This document shows positions 7,818-15,612 of a stretch of DNA of 60,797 bases, piece after piece. The stretch covers positions 469,709 through 530,505 of the forward strand of contig CP070803.1 of NCBI GenBank assembly GCA_020343615.1, written 5' to 3'. The position numbers were made by a program, and so were the translations under genes. How positions within the stretch are numbered: the stretch's first letter is position 1; every line of letters starts with the position of its first letter. The DNA is from Candidatus Woesearchaeota archaeon. GTDB taxonomy: Archaea > Nanobdellota > Nanobdellia > UBA10117 > GCA-020343615. The notes beneath the pieces are model-generated. The model did not search any database. It had not been told where the DNA came from and was given only the letters and a program-made list of their open reading frames with translations.

Positions 7818-8256
7818 TCAAAGTTCCATACAATATGGGCAGGAAGCGGCTATTAAAGCGCGATTAGATGATCATAAAATTGTTAGGAAAATGAGTTGTG
7901 CTTTTGTTGGGGAAGAACCCGAGTCAACTCCTAACTTAAAAAATATTAGCGATGAAGCTGTAAAAAATCTCAAAAAAGGGATAATAATTCGCAGATTAGT
8001 AAATATGAACTATCCTGAGAATATAAAAAAAGCTGAACATCTAAGCAAATATGGTGCCGAATATAGACATTACCCAGTTTACGGCTTTACTATGAGCATA
8101 ATTGATGAGGAAAAAGTTAGAATAGAGCTACCCGATAAGGAAAAGGACAGAATATTAATCTGGATTAACAACAATAATTTTGCTGAAAAAATGCAAGATT
8201 ATTTCGATATGTGCTGGAAGTCAGCTGAAAACCTGGAGGTACAAAAAGATGAGTAA
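7810..8256 (+). CDS. hypothetical protein
   Basis: ATG 7810 overlaps the rps6e stop by 8 nt, giving 148 aa (MISQSSIQYGQEAAIK...). No confident family. Confidence 0.5.
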   Translation: MISQSSIQYGQEAAIKARLDDHKIVRKMSCAFVGEEPESTPNLKNISDEAVKNLKKGIIIRRLVNMNYPENIKKAEHLSKYGAEYRHYPVYGFTMSIIDEEKVRIELPDKEKDRILIWINNNNFAEKMQDYFDMCWKSAENLEVQKDE

Positions 8257-9475
8257 GATTCTACCAGAGGCAAATATAGGCCTCGTCGGTCATGTAGATC
8301 ATGGCAAAAGCACAGTAGTGCAAGCTTTAACAGGAAAATGGACTGCTGTTCATTCTGAAGAATTAAAGAGAGGGATTACCATAAAATTAGGTTATGCTGA
8401 CTTGACAATCAAAAAGTGTCCCAAATGCAAAGATCCAGATTCATGGACCACTGAAGATACATGCCCTCATTGCAAGAGCAAGTCTAAGATAGTGAGAATG
8501 ATTTCTTTTGTTGATGCTCCAGGTCATGAAACTCTAATGGCAGTTATGATGTCAGGGGCTGCCATAATGGATGGCGCTATTCTTGTTATAGCAGCAAATG
8601 AAGAGTGTCCCCAACCACAGACAAGAGAACACTTAATGGCCTTAAATGCTCTTGATATAAAAAACATAATAGTTGTACAGAATAAGGTTGATTTAGTAAA
8701 AAAGGAAGAAGCTATTAAGAATTACAATCAAATAAAGGAATATTCTACAAAAATACTTGGTTTTGAACCAACTGTAATTCCTATTTCTGCTCAACAAAAA
8801 GTAAATATTGATTTGTTATTAGAAGCAATTGAAGAGCTTGTACAGACACCTAAGCGTGATTTAAAAACAGATCCTGAAATGTTTGTTGCTAGAAGTTTTG
8901 ACGTTAATAAGCCTGGAACAGAGATTGAGAAATTAAAGGGCGGAGTTATAGGTGGAGCAATAATTAAGGGAATTTTTAAAGTAGAGCAAGAAGTAGAAAT
9001 ACGACCTGGAAGAGAAGTTAAAGAACACGATAGGTCTAATTGGGTTCCTATCAAAACCAAGATAATGAGTATAATGTGCGGAAATACATTAATCAAAGAA
9101 AAAGGACCTGGCGGTTCTATCGCAATAGCTACACTATTAGATCCTTATTTAACAAAAGGCGACTCTTTAGTTGGTAGTATTGTAGGAACTCCTGGAAAAA
9201 TGCCTGAAACACGAAGACAATTGATTATTGAACCTCACTTATTCAACAAGGTTATAGGAACAAAGAAAGAAGTAGAAGTAGAGCCAGTTAAGATTAATGA
9301 ACCTTTGTTAATCTCTTCAGGTACAGCAACAACATTAGGAGTTGTAGCTAAAGTAGGAGATAAAATCACTCTTAATTTAAGAAGACCTGTTTGCGCAAGT
9401 AAAGGAAGTAAAGTCTCCATAGGAAGACAAATAATGAATAAATGGAGATTAATTGGTTATGGTATAATCTCTTAA
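8249..9475 (+). CDS. eif2g: translation initiation factor aIF2 gamma subunit
   Basis: G1 motif GHVDHGKST, DAPGHE, NKVD, and a zinc ribbon CPKCKDP...CPHCKSK in the G domain. Start trimmed to ATG 8249 (MSKILPEANIGLVGH). Confidence 0.95.
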   Translation: MSKILPEANIGLVGHVDHGKSTVVQALTGKWTAVHSEELKRGITIKLGYADLTIKKCPKCKDPDSWTTEDTCPHCKSKSKIVRMISFVDAPGHETLMAVMMSGAAIMDGAILVIAANEECPQPQTREHLMALNALDIKNIIVVQNKVDLVKKEEAIKNYNQIKEYSTKILGFEPTVIPISAQQKVNIDLLLEAIEELVQTPKRDLKTDPEMFVARSFDVNKPGTEIEKLKGGVIGGAIIKGIFKVEQEVEIRPGREVKEHDRSNWVPIKTKIMSIMCGNTLIKEKGPGGSIAIATLLDPYLTKGDSLVGSIVGTPGKMPETRRQLIIEPHLFNKVIGTKKEVEVEPVKINEPLLISSGTATTLGVVAKVGDKITLNLRRPVCASKGSKVSIGRQIMNKWRLIGYGIIS

Positions 9476-9476
9476 G

Positions 9477-9683
9477 ATGGAAGAAGCATATTGGATTACA
9501 TCAAAAAATAATAACGAATTCGTAGATATTTGTATTCCTTCCTTAGGACTTTTAAAGACAAGAGATAAAAAACCTCAACGATTTTTATCGTCTGAGGGAG
9601 AACATGCTCCATATATTCTTAAATTACTCAAAACATTAGTCAACGTATGTCTCATTATGCTACTTTTTACGTGTATAAAATAA
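9477..9683 (+). CDS. hypothetical small protein (doubtful; may be the 5' part of a frameshifted gene with 9647-9922)
   Basis: 68-aa ORF starting 2 nt after eif2g. Its last ~12 codons (VCLIMLLFTCIK) look non-coding and overlap the next ORF by 37 nt. Confidence 0.25.
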   Translation: MEEAYWITSKNNNEFVDICIPSLGLLKTRDKKPQRFLSSEGEHAPYILKLLKTLVNVCLIMLLFTCIK

Positions 9684-9922
9684 AAGTACCAAAAAAGGAA
9701 ATACATTTAGCAGCGCCTGACTACGAAAAGACATACAAAAATACTCTAGAATGTATGATAGAAAATATTAATGAACTAAATAACGCAAAGAAAGTAATTG
9801 ATTCTTTATCTAAAGCAATATCAAAATGCGAACAAAGCGTTATTAAGGAAGGACAAAAGCATTGTAATTCCTACATAAAGGAGCTGAATACGATTAAACA
9901 GAAAAAAGATACGAAAAACTAA
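9647..9922 (+). CDS. hypothetical protein
   Basis: 91-aa K/E-rich helical ORF. No family recognised. Confidence 0.4.
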   Translation: MSHYATFYVYKIKVPKKEIHLAAPDYEKTYKNTLECMIENINELNNAKKVIDSLSKAISKCEQSVIKEGQKHCNSYIKELNTIKQKKDTKN

Positions 9923-9937
9923 TTACCTATTTGTTTT

Positions 9938-10198
9938 TTAACTAATAATTACTTTTTTACCAAGAGCTTGTCCTGGCAACCCTTTCTCAGCAAAAATAGC
10001 CCTTACAGCACCCTTATTTCCATGAGCAGCTGATATTTTCCCGCTGATATCCTTGTTGGTTTTTGTTTTCCAAGTTACTTTTTTACCAACTAGCTTAGCT
10101 GCTTTCTCTTTAGTATCAACGTCCTTTACTTTTATTATCATCTGCTTTGGATGTTGAGTTTTGTAAGAACCCCTATAGTTAACAATTATTCCTTCCAT
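9938..10198 (-). CDS. rpl35ae: 50S ribosomal protein L35Ae
   Basis: MEGIIVNYRGSYKTQHPKQMIIKV...LVGKKVTWKT...GKISAAHGNKGAVRAIF matches the L35Ae pattern. The start lies 1 nt after the stop of the upstream nucleotidyltransferase gene. Confidence 0.9.
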   Translation of the reverse strand: MEGIIVNYRGSYKTQHPKQMIIKVKDVDTKEKAAKLVGKKVTWKTKTNKDISGKISAAHGNKGAVRAIFAEKGLPGQALGKKVIIS

Positions 10199-10199
10199 T

Positions 10200-11978
10200 T
10201 TAACCTACCACTAATTTCATATCTTTTCCTAGTATATCTTTTAGGCTTTTAATAGTATGTTTTGTAAGCTTTGTCGGAGTTCCAGCAAACTTATTCAAGG
10301 CATTCTCAATTTCCTTCAAAGTTGCTTTTTTCTTGTTTCTAAGTTCTCCTTTTTTATCTATAGTAAACTTCCATATTGAAGTGTCTGCTTTAGAAACATC
10401 CTTGATTATATAAGCATGCTTGGTTAACAACCATATTGCAGCTGTCTTTTTGTCACCATAATTACAAGATATCCTGTACTTGTCTAATTTCTTCCCTTTC
10501 TCTATTCTTATTCTCTCAAAGAGATCCTCACTTAATCTTGCCTCTTCACATCTTAATGAACTTAATTCCTTTCTGCTTGTTTTGTAAGTCTTACTCAACT
10601 CTTGTATCTTCTTTAATATTTCAAGGTATCTTGTTCCTGCTAAACTTCTATCAACAAATACCTTCTTGAAAGATGCTATGATATCTTTTCCTGCTTGTTC
10701 ATCCATCATTGATAACGCAGCAAGAACATCTTCTTTAGCATCTCTGTAAAGAGCCTTGGCCTCTTCTTTTACTTGAGTTTTTTCAAGAGTTTCAAATAAT
10801 TTTTCCAATCTTTTCAAGTATTCCCGAGATTCGTCAATTCTTTTTAGAACAACATTAGGATCAACATCTTCTATTTTTCCATACTCTATATCCTTTCTTA
10901 GCTGGATATTTTTTTCCAAAACCTTTACCCATTTTTCTTCAAGTAATTTAGATTTCACGAATTCTTCTCTTAGTAATTTAGGAGTTTGCTTTGGATCTGG
11001 AGGTGGTAGACCTTTTAACATTAAAGCGCCCTGTGAAGGATATATAGTTGACCAGAATGGGTCTTCACTAGCTATTTCCTTCATCTTATTTTTAACGTTG
11101 TCAAGTATGCTAGTACCCATGTTCATGTATTTGTCAATTGCTTCAGGTGTAGGCGTTATCCTACCCATTTTTAGAAGTAATTTCCAAGGCATGAACATTC
11201 CTCTGTCGTAAAGGGGAATACCATCTCTTAAGAAAGTGAAAATAACAGGGTGAGCTTCCTTTATAGAATCCCACATGTCTGTAAGAATATAAACTTGAAC
11301 ATTAAGCTTGTTATTGATTCCAGCCTGAATGCAGGCTTCCCTAGCTTTTCCTAGAATTATAGCCCTTAACTTATCTTTTATCTCTCTTCTAGTCATTCTA
11401 GAAACATCAGTATCATCAATAACAACATAGGTGTCTATGTCAGAGTCAGGAGTTGCTTCTCCTCTGACCATGGAACCTGCTAGAACGTAACATACAATAT
11501 AGTTCTCAAATTTCTGTAATAGTTGCACTTTATGTATCTCTGCTGCTTTTAATGCACCTATCCAGCCAGTATCATGTATAGGCAGGCTTAAGGTAATTAA
11601 TTTTAGAATTTCATACCTTCCCTTGTAACAAGCATCCCATAATTGATCAATGAAAGTAGAGTTTACCTTGACCTTAGGAATCTTTTGACTACCTATTTTT
11701 TCTATTTTTTCACCTAATTCTTGACTTTTCTTAATCTTCTTTTCAAAGTCTTCTTCATCGATTTCTTCTAGTAAAACGAGAATTTCAGGATCTTTACCAT
11801 TTTCTTGAGGAGGAATTACAGTAATACCGATTAACTCTTTTGCGTATTTCTTTAGAATCTCATCTTTGAAAGGCTTAGCTTTCTTACTTACTTTTTCCAA
11901 GTCTTTTTGGATTTTATCAGCTAGCTCTTTACGCTTTTTCAATTCATCTTCTAACTTTTTTTGACTTTCTTCTTCCAT
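10200..11978 (-). CDS. Pol-beta-type nucleotidyltransferase domain protein, long form (coiled-coil N-extension, C-terminal extension)
   Basis: NTase motif GSMVRGEATPDSDIDTYVVIDD. The downstream region is paralogous to ORF 12986-13777 (GRITPTPEAIDKY / GRIRPSVEAVYNA; PPPDPKQTPKLLREEFV / PPSPEHVPKLLRHVFV). Start trimmed to ATG 11978 (MEEESQKK), because the track extension overlaps gene 12089. Confidence 0.75.
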   Translation of the reverse strand: MEEESQKKLEDELKKRKELADKIQKDLEKVSKKAKPFKDEILKKYAKELIGITVIPPQENGKDPEILVLLEEIDEEDFEKKIKKSQELGEKIEKIGSQKIPKVKVNSTFIDQLWDACYKGRYEILKLITLSLPIHDTGWIGALKAAEIHKVQLLQKFENYIVCYVLAGSMVRGEATPDSDIDTYVVIDDTDVSRMTRREIKDKLRAIILGKAREACIQAGINNKLNVQVYILTDMWDSIKEAHPVIFTFLRDGIPLYDRGMFMPWKLLLKMGRITPTPEAIDKYMNMGTSILDNVKNKMKEIASEDPFWSTIYPSQGALMLKGLPPPDPKQTPKLLREEFVKSKLLEEKWVKVLEKNIQLRKDIEYGKIEDVDPNVVLKRIDESREYLKRLEKLFETLEKTQVKEEAKALYRDAKEDVLAALSMMDEQAGKDIIASFKKVFVDRSLAGTRYLEILKKIQELSKTYKTSRKELSSLRCEEARLSEDLFERIRIEKGKKLDKYRISCNYGDKKTAAIWLLTKHAYIIKDVSKADTSIWKFTIDKKGELRNKKKATLKEIENALNKFAGTPTKLTKHTIKSLKDILGKDMKLVVG

Positions 11979-12088
11979 TATAGTTAAATTACAAATTCGA
12001 ATGACTTTTAAACGTTTCGGAAAGATAGCATGAATTACTAATGAATTACTAAGAAATTTTTTAAATTTAAGAGAGTATAAATAACAAC

Positions 12089-12337
12089 ATGAAATTCGAA
12101 GAACTAACAAAAATAGAAAAATTAGTTATAATCGGGCTTATTTGTGCAGGATTAAGTCTAGTATTCTATACTCCGATTTTTGCATTCTTGGGAATAATAT
12201 TGGGAGCTCTTGCATTTAAAGAAGGTGCAAGAACAAAAGGAACAGTAGTTATCCTAGTAAGTGTGATTTTCGGAGTTATTGGGTTGCTTCTCCTAGCTCT
12301 AAAAATACCATTGGATGCTTATAGCGCTTTTTTATAA
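12089..12337 (+). CDS. small membrane protein (two TM helices)
   Basis: 82 aa with hydrophobic stretches LVIIGLICAGLSLVFYTPIFAFLGIILGALAF and VVILVSVIFGVIGLLLLAL. AAATTTTTTAAATTT lies ~30 nt upstream. Confidence 0.6.
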   Translation: MKFEELTKIEKLVIIGLICAGLSLVFYTPIFAFLGIILGALAFKEGARTKGTVVILVSVIFGVIGLLLLALKIPLDAYSAFL

Positions 12338-12393
12338 AGTAGAAATACGATAGTTTTTTAAAGAGAAGCACTAGTTATAGTATTATAACTTAC

Positions 12394-12414
12394 ATGTGCA
12401 CTAATGCATATGCA
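12394..12414 (+). promoter_or_regulatory. operator-like motif ATGTGCA-N4-TGCATATGCA
   Basis: ATGTGCActaaTGCATATGCA follows a TATA-like GTATTATAA (12380-12388). 18 of 21 positions are identical to the motif at 49765-49785, and the 4-nt spacer length is the same. Confidence 0.45.
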
Positions 12415-12493
12415 ACAACGCACAACATTAGATAATAAAACGAAAGCTTTATATATAAGTGTGTTACTACTAAGTTGTGAGGTGAAAATTAAA

Positions 12494-12973
12494 ATGGCAA
12501 AAGAAGTACCAATGGGAAGTCAGCCTGTTATTAAAGACGCTGTAAATAAACAGTATGAAACAGTACTTAAAGGTAAAGGAACAAAAGCAGTTGTAAGTTC
12601 TGTAGCTGATTCTGGTAAAGCATCTACCTATGGAGAAGCAGGTAACGGAAAATTCAACAAATTCGGATACTTTGCAAAGTGGATACTTGATAACTCAAAA
12701 ATGCAAGCATATGTATCTGAGAACATTAAAAGTAGAAACTACAAGGCAGCTATAGACTTAATTAGAAGTCAACCTTTCGGAAACGAGATTAAACCAGCTC
12801 AAGTTGCTCTACAGGGAATTATACTTGCTACAAACCCTGGATTAGAAAATAAGATTAATGCTGGTGACGAAGCTCAAGTTACAGTACAAAAAAAGATGGG
12901 CGAACTATCAGGCGTTGATCCAAAAACAATAGACCAAAGAATTACAGACGTATATAAAGGATACGCTTCTTAA
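12494..12973 (+). CDS. hypothetical protein
   Basis: ATG 12494 is preceded by GAGGTGA, giving a 159-aa soluble-looking protein (MAKEVPMGSQPVIK). The alternative ATG 12404 lies inside the operator motif and would add MHMQQRTTLDNKTKALYISVLLLSC, a lipoprotein-signal-like peptide. The start is therefore uncertain. Confidence 0.55.
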   Translation: MAKEVPMGSQPVIKDAVNKQYETVLKGKGTKAVVSSVADSGKASTYGEAGNGKFNKFGYFAKWILDNSKMQAYVSENIKSRNYKAAIDLIRSQPFGNEIKPAQVALQGIILATNPGLENKINAGDEAQVTVQKKMGELSGVDPKTIDQRITDVYKGYAS

Positions 12974-12985
12974 TTTTTTCCTTTA

Positions 12986-13777
12986 TTATTTTTTAAATTT
13001 TTCATCAACCAAGTTCTTCATTTTATTTGTAAATTCTTCAGCCTTGTGTCTGTACTCATCAAGTTCCCCACGATCTAATCTAACAACGTGGCCGTGAACT
13101 ATTTTCTTCTCTAAATCAAATATTTCTTCATACCACTCTACATATTTATGATGTAATTTACGTTTTTTTACGAATACGTGCCGTAATAACTTAGGAACGT
13201 GCTCGGGCGAAGGTGGTGTTACTTTATAAGCCATTAATGCAGCATGAGCAGAATCAACAAAAGCCCAGTATACGTCACTTATTGCTGCTAATTCTTTTTG
13301 ATCAGCTCTGAATATATGAGCAGTAGTTCTACTTATAGCATTATAAACAGCTTCTACACTAGGTCTTATCCTCCCGTTAGCTAGTAATCTTTTGATTGGA
13401 TCAAAGAAGAAACCAGGGTCAATTATTGCTACACCATATCTTACTACATTAACAACAGTAGGTTCTCCCTTTAGTAAATGCTCCCAGAAAGTTGTTAGCG
13501 TTACTGTGTTTATATGTAATTTTTTCTTGTATTCTTGTTCATTAACTAACTTAGCTAACTCTTTTCTATACCAAAGAATAAATGCGTTATCAGTAGTTAC
13601 AGTAGTATCGTCTATGACAATAACGATGTCTACATCGCTATCATCCATAATCATTTTTTTAGCTACAGAACCAAATAATATTACAGAAGTTATTAAACCT
13701 CTAAAACGATTTTCAACTTTACCCGCAAAATCATACGCAATTCTGTAGTTCTCTCCTTCGAGAGTTTCATCAGCCAT
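12986..13777 (-). CDS. Pol-beta-type nucleotidyltransferase domain protein, short paralog
   Basis: NTase motif GSVAKKMIMDDSDVDIVIVIDD. The helical C-terminal half is paralogous to 10200-11978. Confidence 0.75.
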   Translation of the reverse strand: MADETLEGENYRIAYDFAGKVENRFRGLITSVILFGSVAKKMIMDDSDVDIVIVIDDTTVTTDNAFILWYRKELAKLVNEQEYKKKLHINTVTLTTFWEHLLKGEPTVVNVVRYGVAIIDPGFFFDPIKRLLANGRIRPSVEAVYNAISRTTAHIFRADQKELAAISDVYWAFVDSAHAALMAYKVTPPSPEHVPKLLRHVFVKKRKLHHKYVEWYEEIFDLEKKIVHGHVVRLDRGELDEYRHKAEEFTNKMKNLVDEKFKK

Positions 13778-13823
13778 ATTTAATATATCAACCTATTCTT
13801 TTAATTAATTTTTTAACTACTGC

Positions 13824-15611
13824 TTACGAATAAGGAGTTCCAGATAAACCTGATTTCTCTTTTTTGTCAACGCCAGCTGCAGGGGGTAAATTACCGAAAC
13901 CACTAGTACCATACATCTGTTGATGATGATAAGGCATAGGAATACCCGGGGCAGCATAACCGCTAGAGCCAAAGAAGTATTCTCCAACTTCTGTCCATGA
14001 GGGTTTTGCAGTCCATGAATATATTCCTGAGTTGAAATACTCTAAAGTAGGAAGATAAGGCGCGTATCCCAGTGCTTCAGCTCCGCCTGCCTCAACTATT
14101 GTTCTACCCTTGAATCCGCCTCTTTTCAGCATTTCTATTATCTCACCAGAAGGTAAGTCTCCCCATCCTGGAGGTAGATGAGCATCTGCGCTTCCAAAAT
14201 TATCTGTAATATGTAAATGACCAGCAATTGGAGCTATCTTTTTAGCCATTTCAACAATGTCTTCGTTCTTGTAACCATACTGTCTCCATAGACCAAAATG
14301 TCCAACATCTAGGGTAGCTTGAATTAGTTTGTTAGCTTTCTCCCTACTTACTCCGTAATCTTTTACTAACGTATCTCTAGCTTTTTCTACTAATTTTTTA
14401 TGCTGATCAGGTCTACTAAATGCACCTGGAGCAGGCGCATTCTCAATCATAACATATGGAGCATTATCTCCATATTTCTTATAAGCTTTAAAAGCAGTTT
14501 CTGCAAAAGTCTTGGCAGCATGAGGAAGAGTATAATCTTCAACTGTAGTGTACCTTCGAGGAGTTAGGCCTCTTCTACCTGCTTCAGAGAATAATGTTTG
14601 CCAATTGTCAATATCCTGGAGAGATAGCTCAGTCATTTTCATACTAGCTAGAGCTCCTTTAGTTTGGTCGTTTTCTCTAGCAGCCTCCACCATTTCATGA
14701 AAGGCCTTTCTCTTTTCGTCCTGTATCTTATTATGTTCTTTTACTAGCCTGTCCCTCTCTTTGTAAATATACTCTACAAGGTACTTCTCATCAGGGTCTT
14801 TAACCTCTTCAGGCTTGGGCATGTACTTAGCAAAATCATGATATATGTTTAGTATATTTGCGTCTGTGTTACTTATAAGAGTTTTAATTGCAGCAGCAGA
14901 CCACTTTGATTTCTCAGCTTCTTGAAGAGGTTTACCTGTCATACTGGCAATCTTATTGATTTCTTCAATTTGTTTTCGATTATTTGCTAGCTTTCTTATG
15001 TTATCAGACCAAAAGGTTCTGTTTATCATCTCAAGCTGCATTTCAGGCGTAAAATCTATTTCTTCACCAGATCTGTCAAGCTTTTTTTCTCTTTCTGCGA
15101 TATACATAAATTTTCCAGTTTCTCTGTCCATTATTCCTGAAGCTTCCTTTACTTCTTCATTTGTTTTACTGTCTTTGGTATACACGTCTCCAGGAAGATA
15201 ATTAGAAGCATGAAATACAACAGGAGTTCCTGCACCACCAGTATCATGTGCGGTTTTCATAGCAGTAAAGAACTTATTAACAACACCCTTTCTAGCATAT
15301 TCTTTCTGTTCTTTTTTCATTTCATCAAAACCCGCAGGATCTTCTACTGGTCCATGAACTGAAGGTTGCGCTCCAGTTAATTTAGAAAGTCTTCTCACTT
15401 CTTCTGCAGCAGGTTTAGGAAAAGCTTCAAGTTCCCTATTTGATAAGAAACCAATTTCTATGTTTTTAGCACCCCAGTTAGCATCAAGATTGAACTCCTT
15501 TAACTGGTCAGCCTTAGGATTAGTAGAAGGACCCATTCTATATGCCTCTAGCTGCCAAGAACCGTAAGGGTCCATTGTTCCATCATATTTCTTATAAAAA
15601 TAATCTACCAT
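13824..15611 (-). CDS. xylose-isomerase-like (AP endonuclease 2 family) TIM-barrel protein with large helical insertion and G/Y/P-rich tail
   Basis: Barrel-type motifs: NIEIGF, PSVHGP, VVFHASNY (aa ~50-138), then YVMIENAP, LDVGHFG, GHLHITDNFGSADAHLPPGWGDLP, TIVEAGG (aa ~385-510). They are separated by ~245 K/E-rich residues. The C-terminal tail is YFFGSSGYAAPGIPMPYHHQQMYGTSGFGNLPP. Confidence 0.65.
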   Translation of the reverse strand: MVDYFYKKYDGTMDPYGSWQLEAYRMGPSTNPKADQLKEFNLDANWGAKNIEIGFLSNRELEAFPKPAAEEVRRLSKLTGAQPSVHGPVEDPAGFDEMKKEQKEYARKGVVNKFFTAMKTAHDTGGAGTPVVFHASNYLPGDVYTKDSKTNEEVKEASGIMDRETGKFMYIAEREKKLDRSGEEIDFTPEMQLEMINRTFWSDNIRKLANNRKQIEEINKIASMTGKPLQEAEKSKWSAAAIKTLISNTDANILNIYHDFAKYMPKPEEVKDPDEKYLVEYIYKERDRLVKEHNKIQDEKRKAFHEMVEAARENDQTKGALASMKMTELSLQDIDNWQTLFSEAGRRGLTPRRYTTVEDYTLPHAAKTFAETAFKAYKKYGDNAPYVMIENAPAPGAFSRPDQHKKLVEKARDTLVKDYGVSREKANKLIQATLDVGHFGLWRQYGYKNEDIVEMAKKIAPIAGHLHITDNFGSADAHLPPGWGDLPSGEIIEMLKRGGFKGRTIVEAGGAEALGYAPYLPTLEYFNSGIYSWTAKPSWTEVGEYFFGSSGYAAPGIPMPYHHQQMYGTSGFGNLPPAAGVDKKEKSGLSGTPYS

Positions 15612-15612
15612 A

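Noticed and set aside
11979-12110. 44-codon N-terminal extension of the long nucleotidyltransferase ORF (MLVLRISCCYLYSLKF...)
   Set aside because: The composition is implausible and it overlaps the start of the plus-strand membrane-protein gene at 12089. The ATG at 11978 (MEEESQKK) is the likely start.
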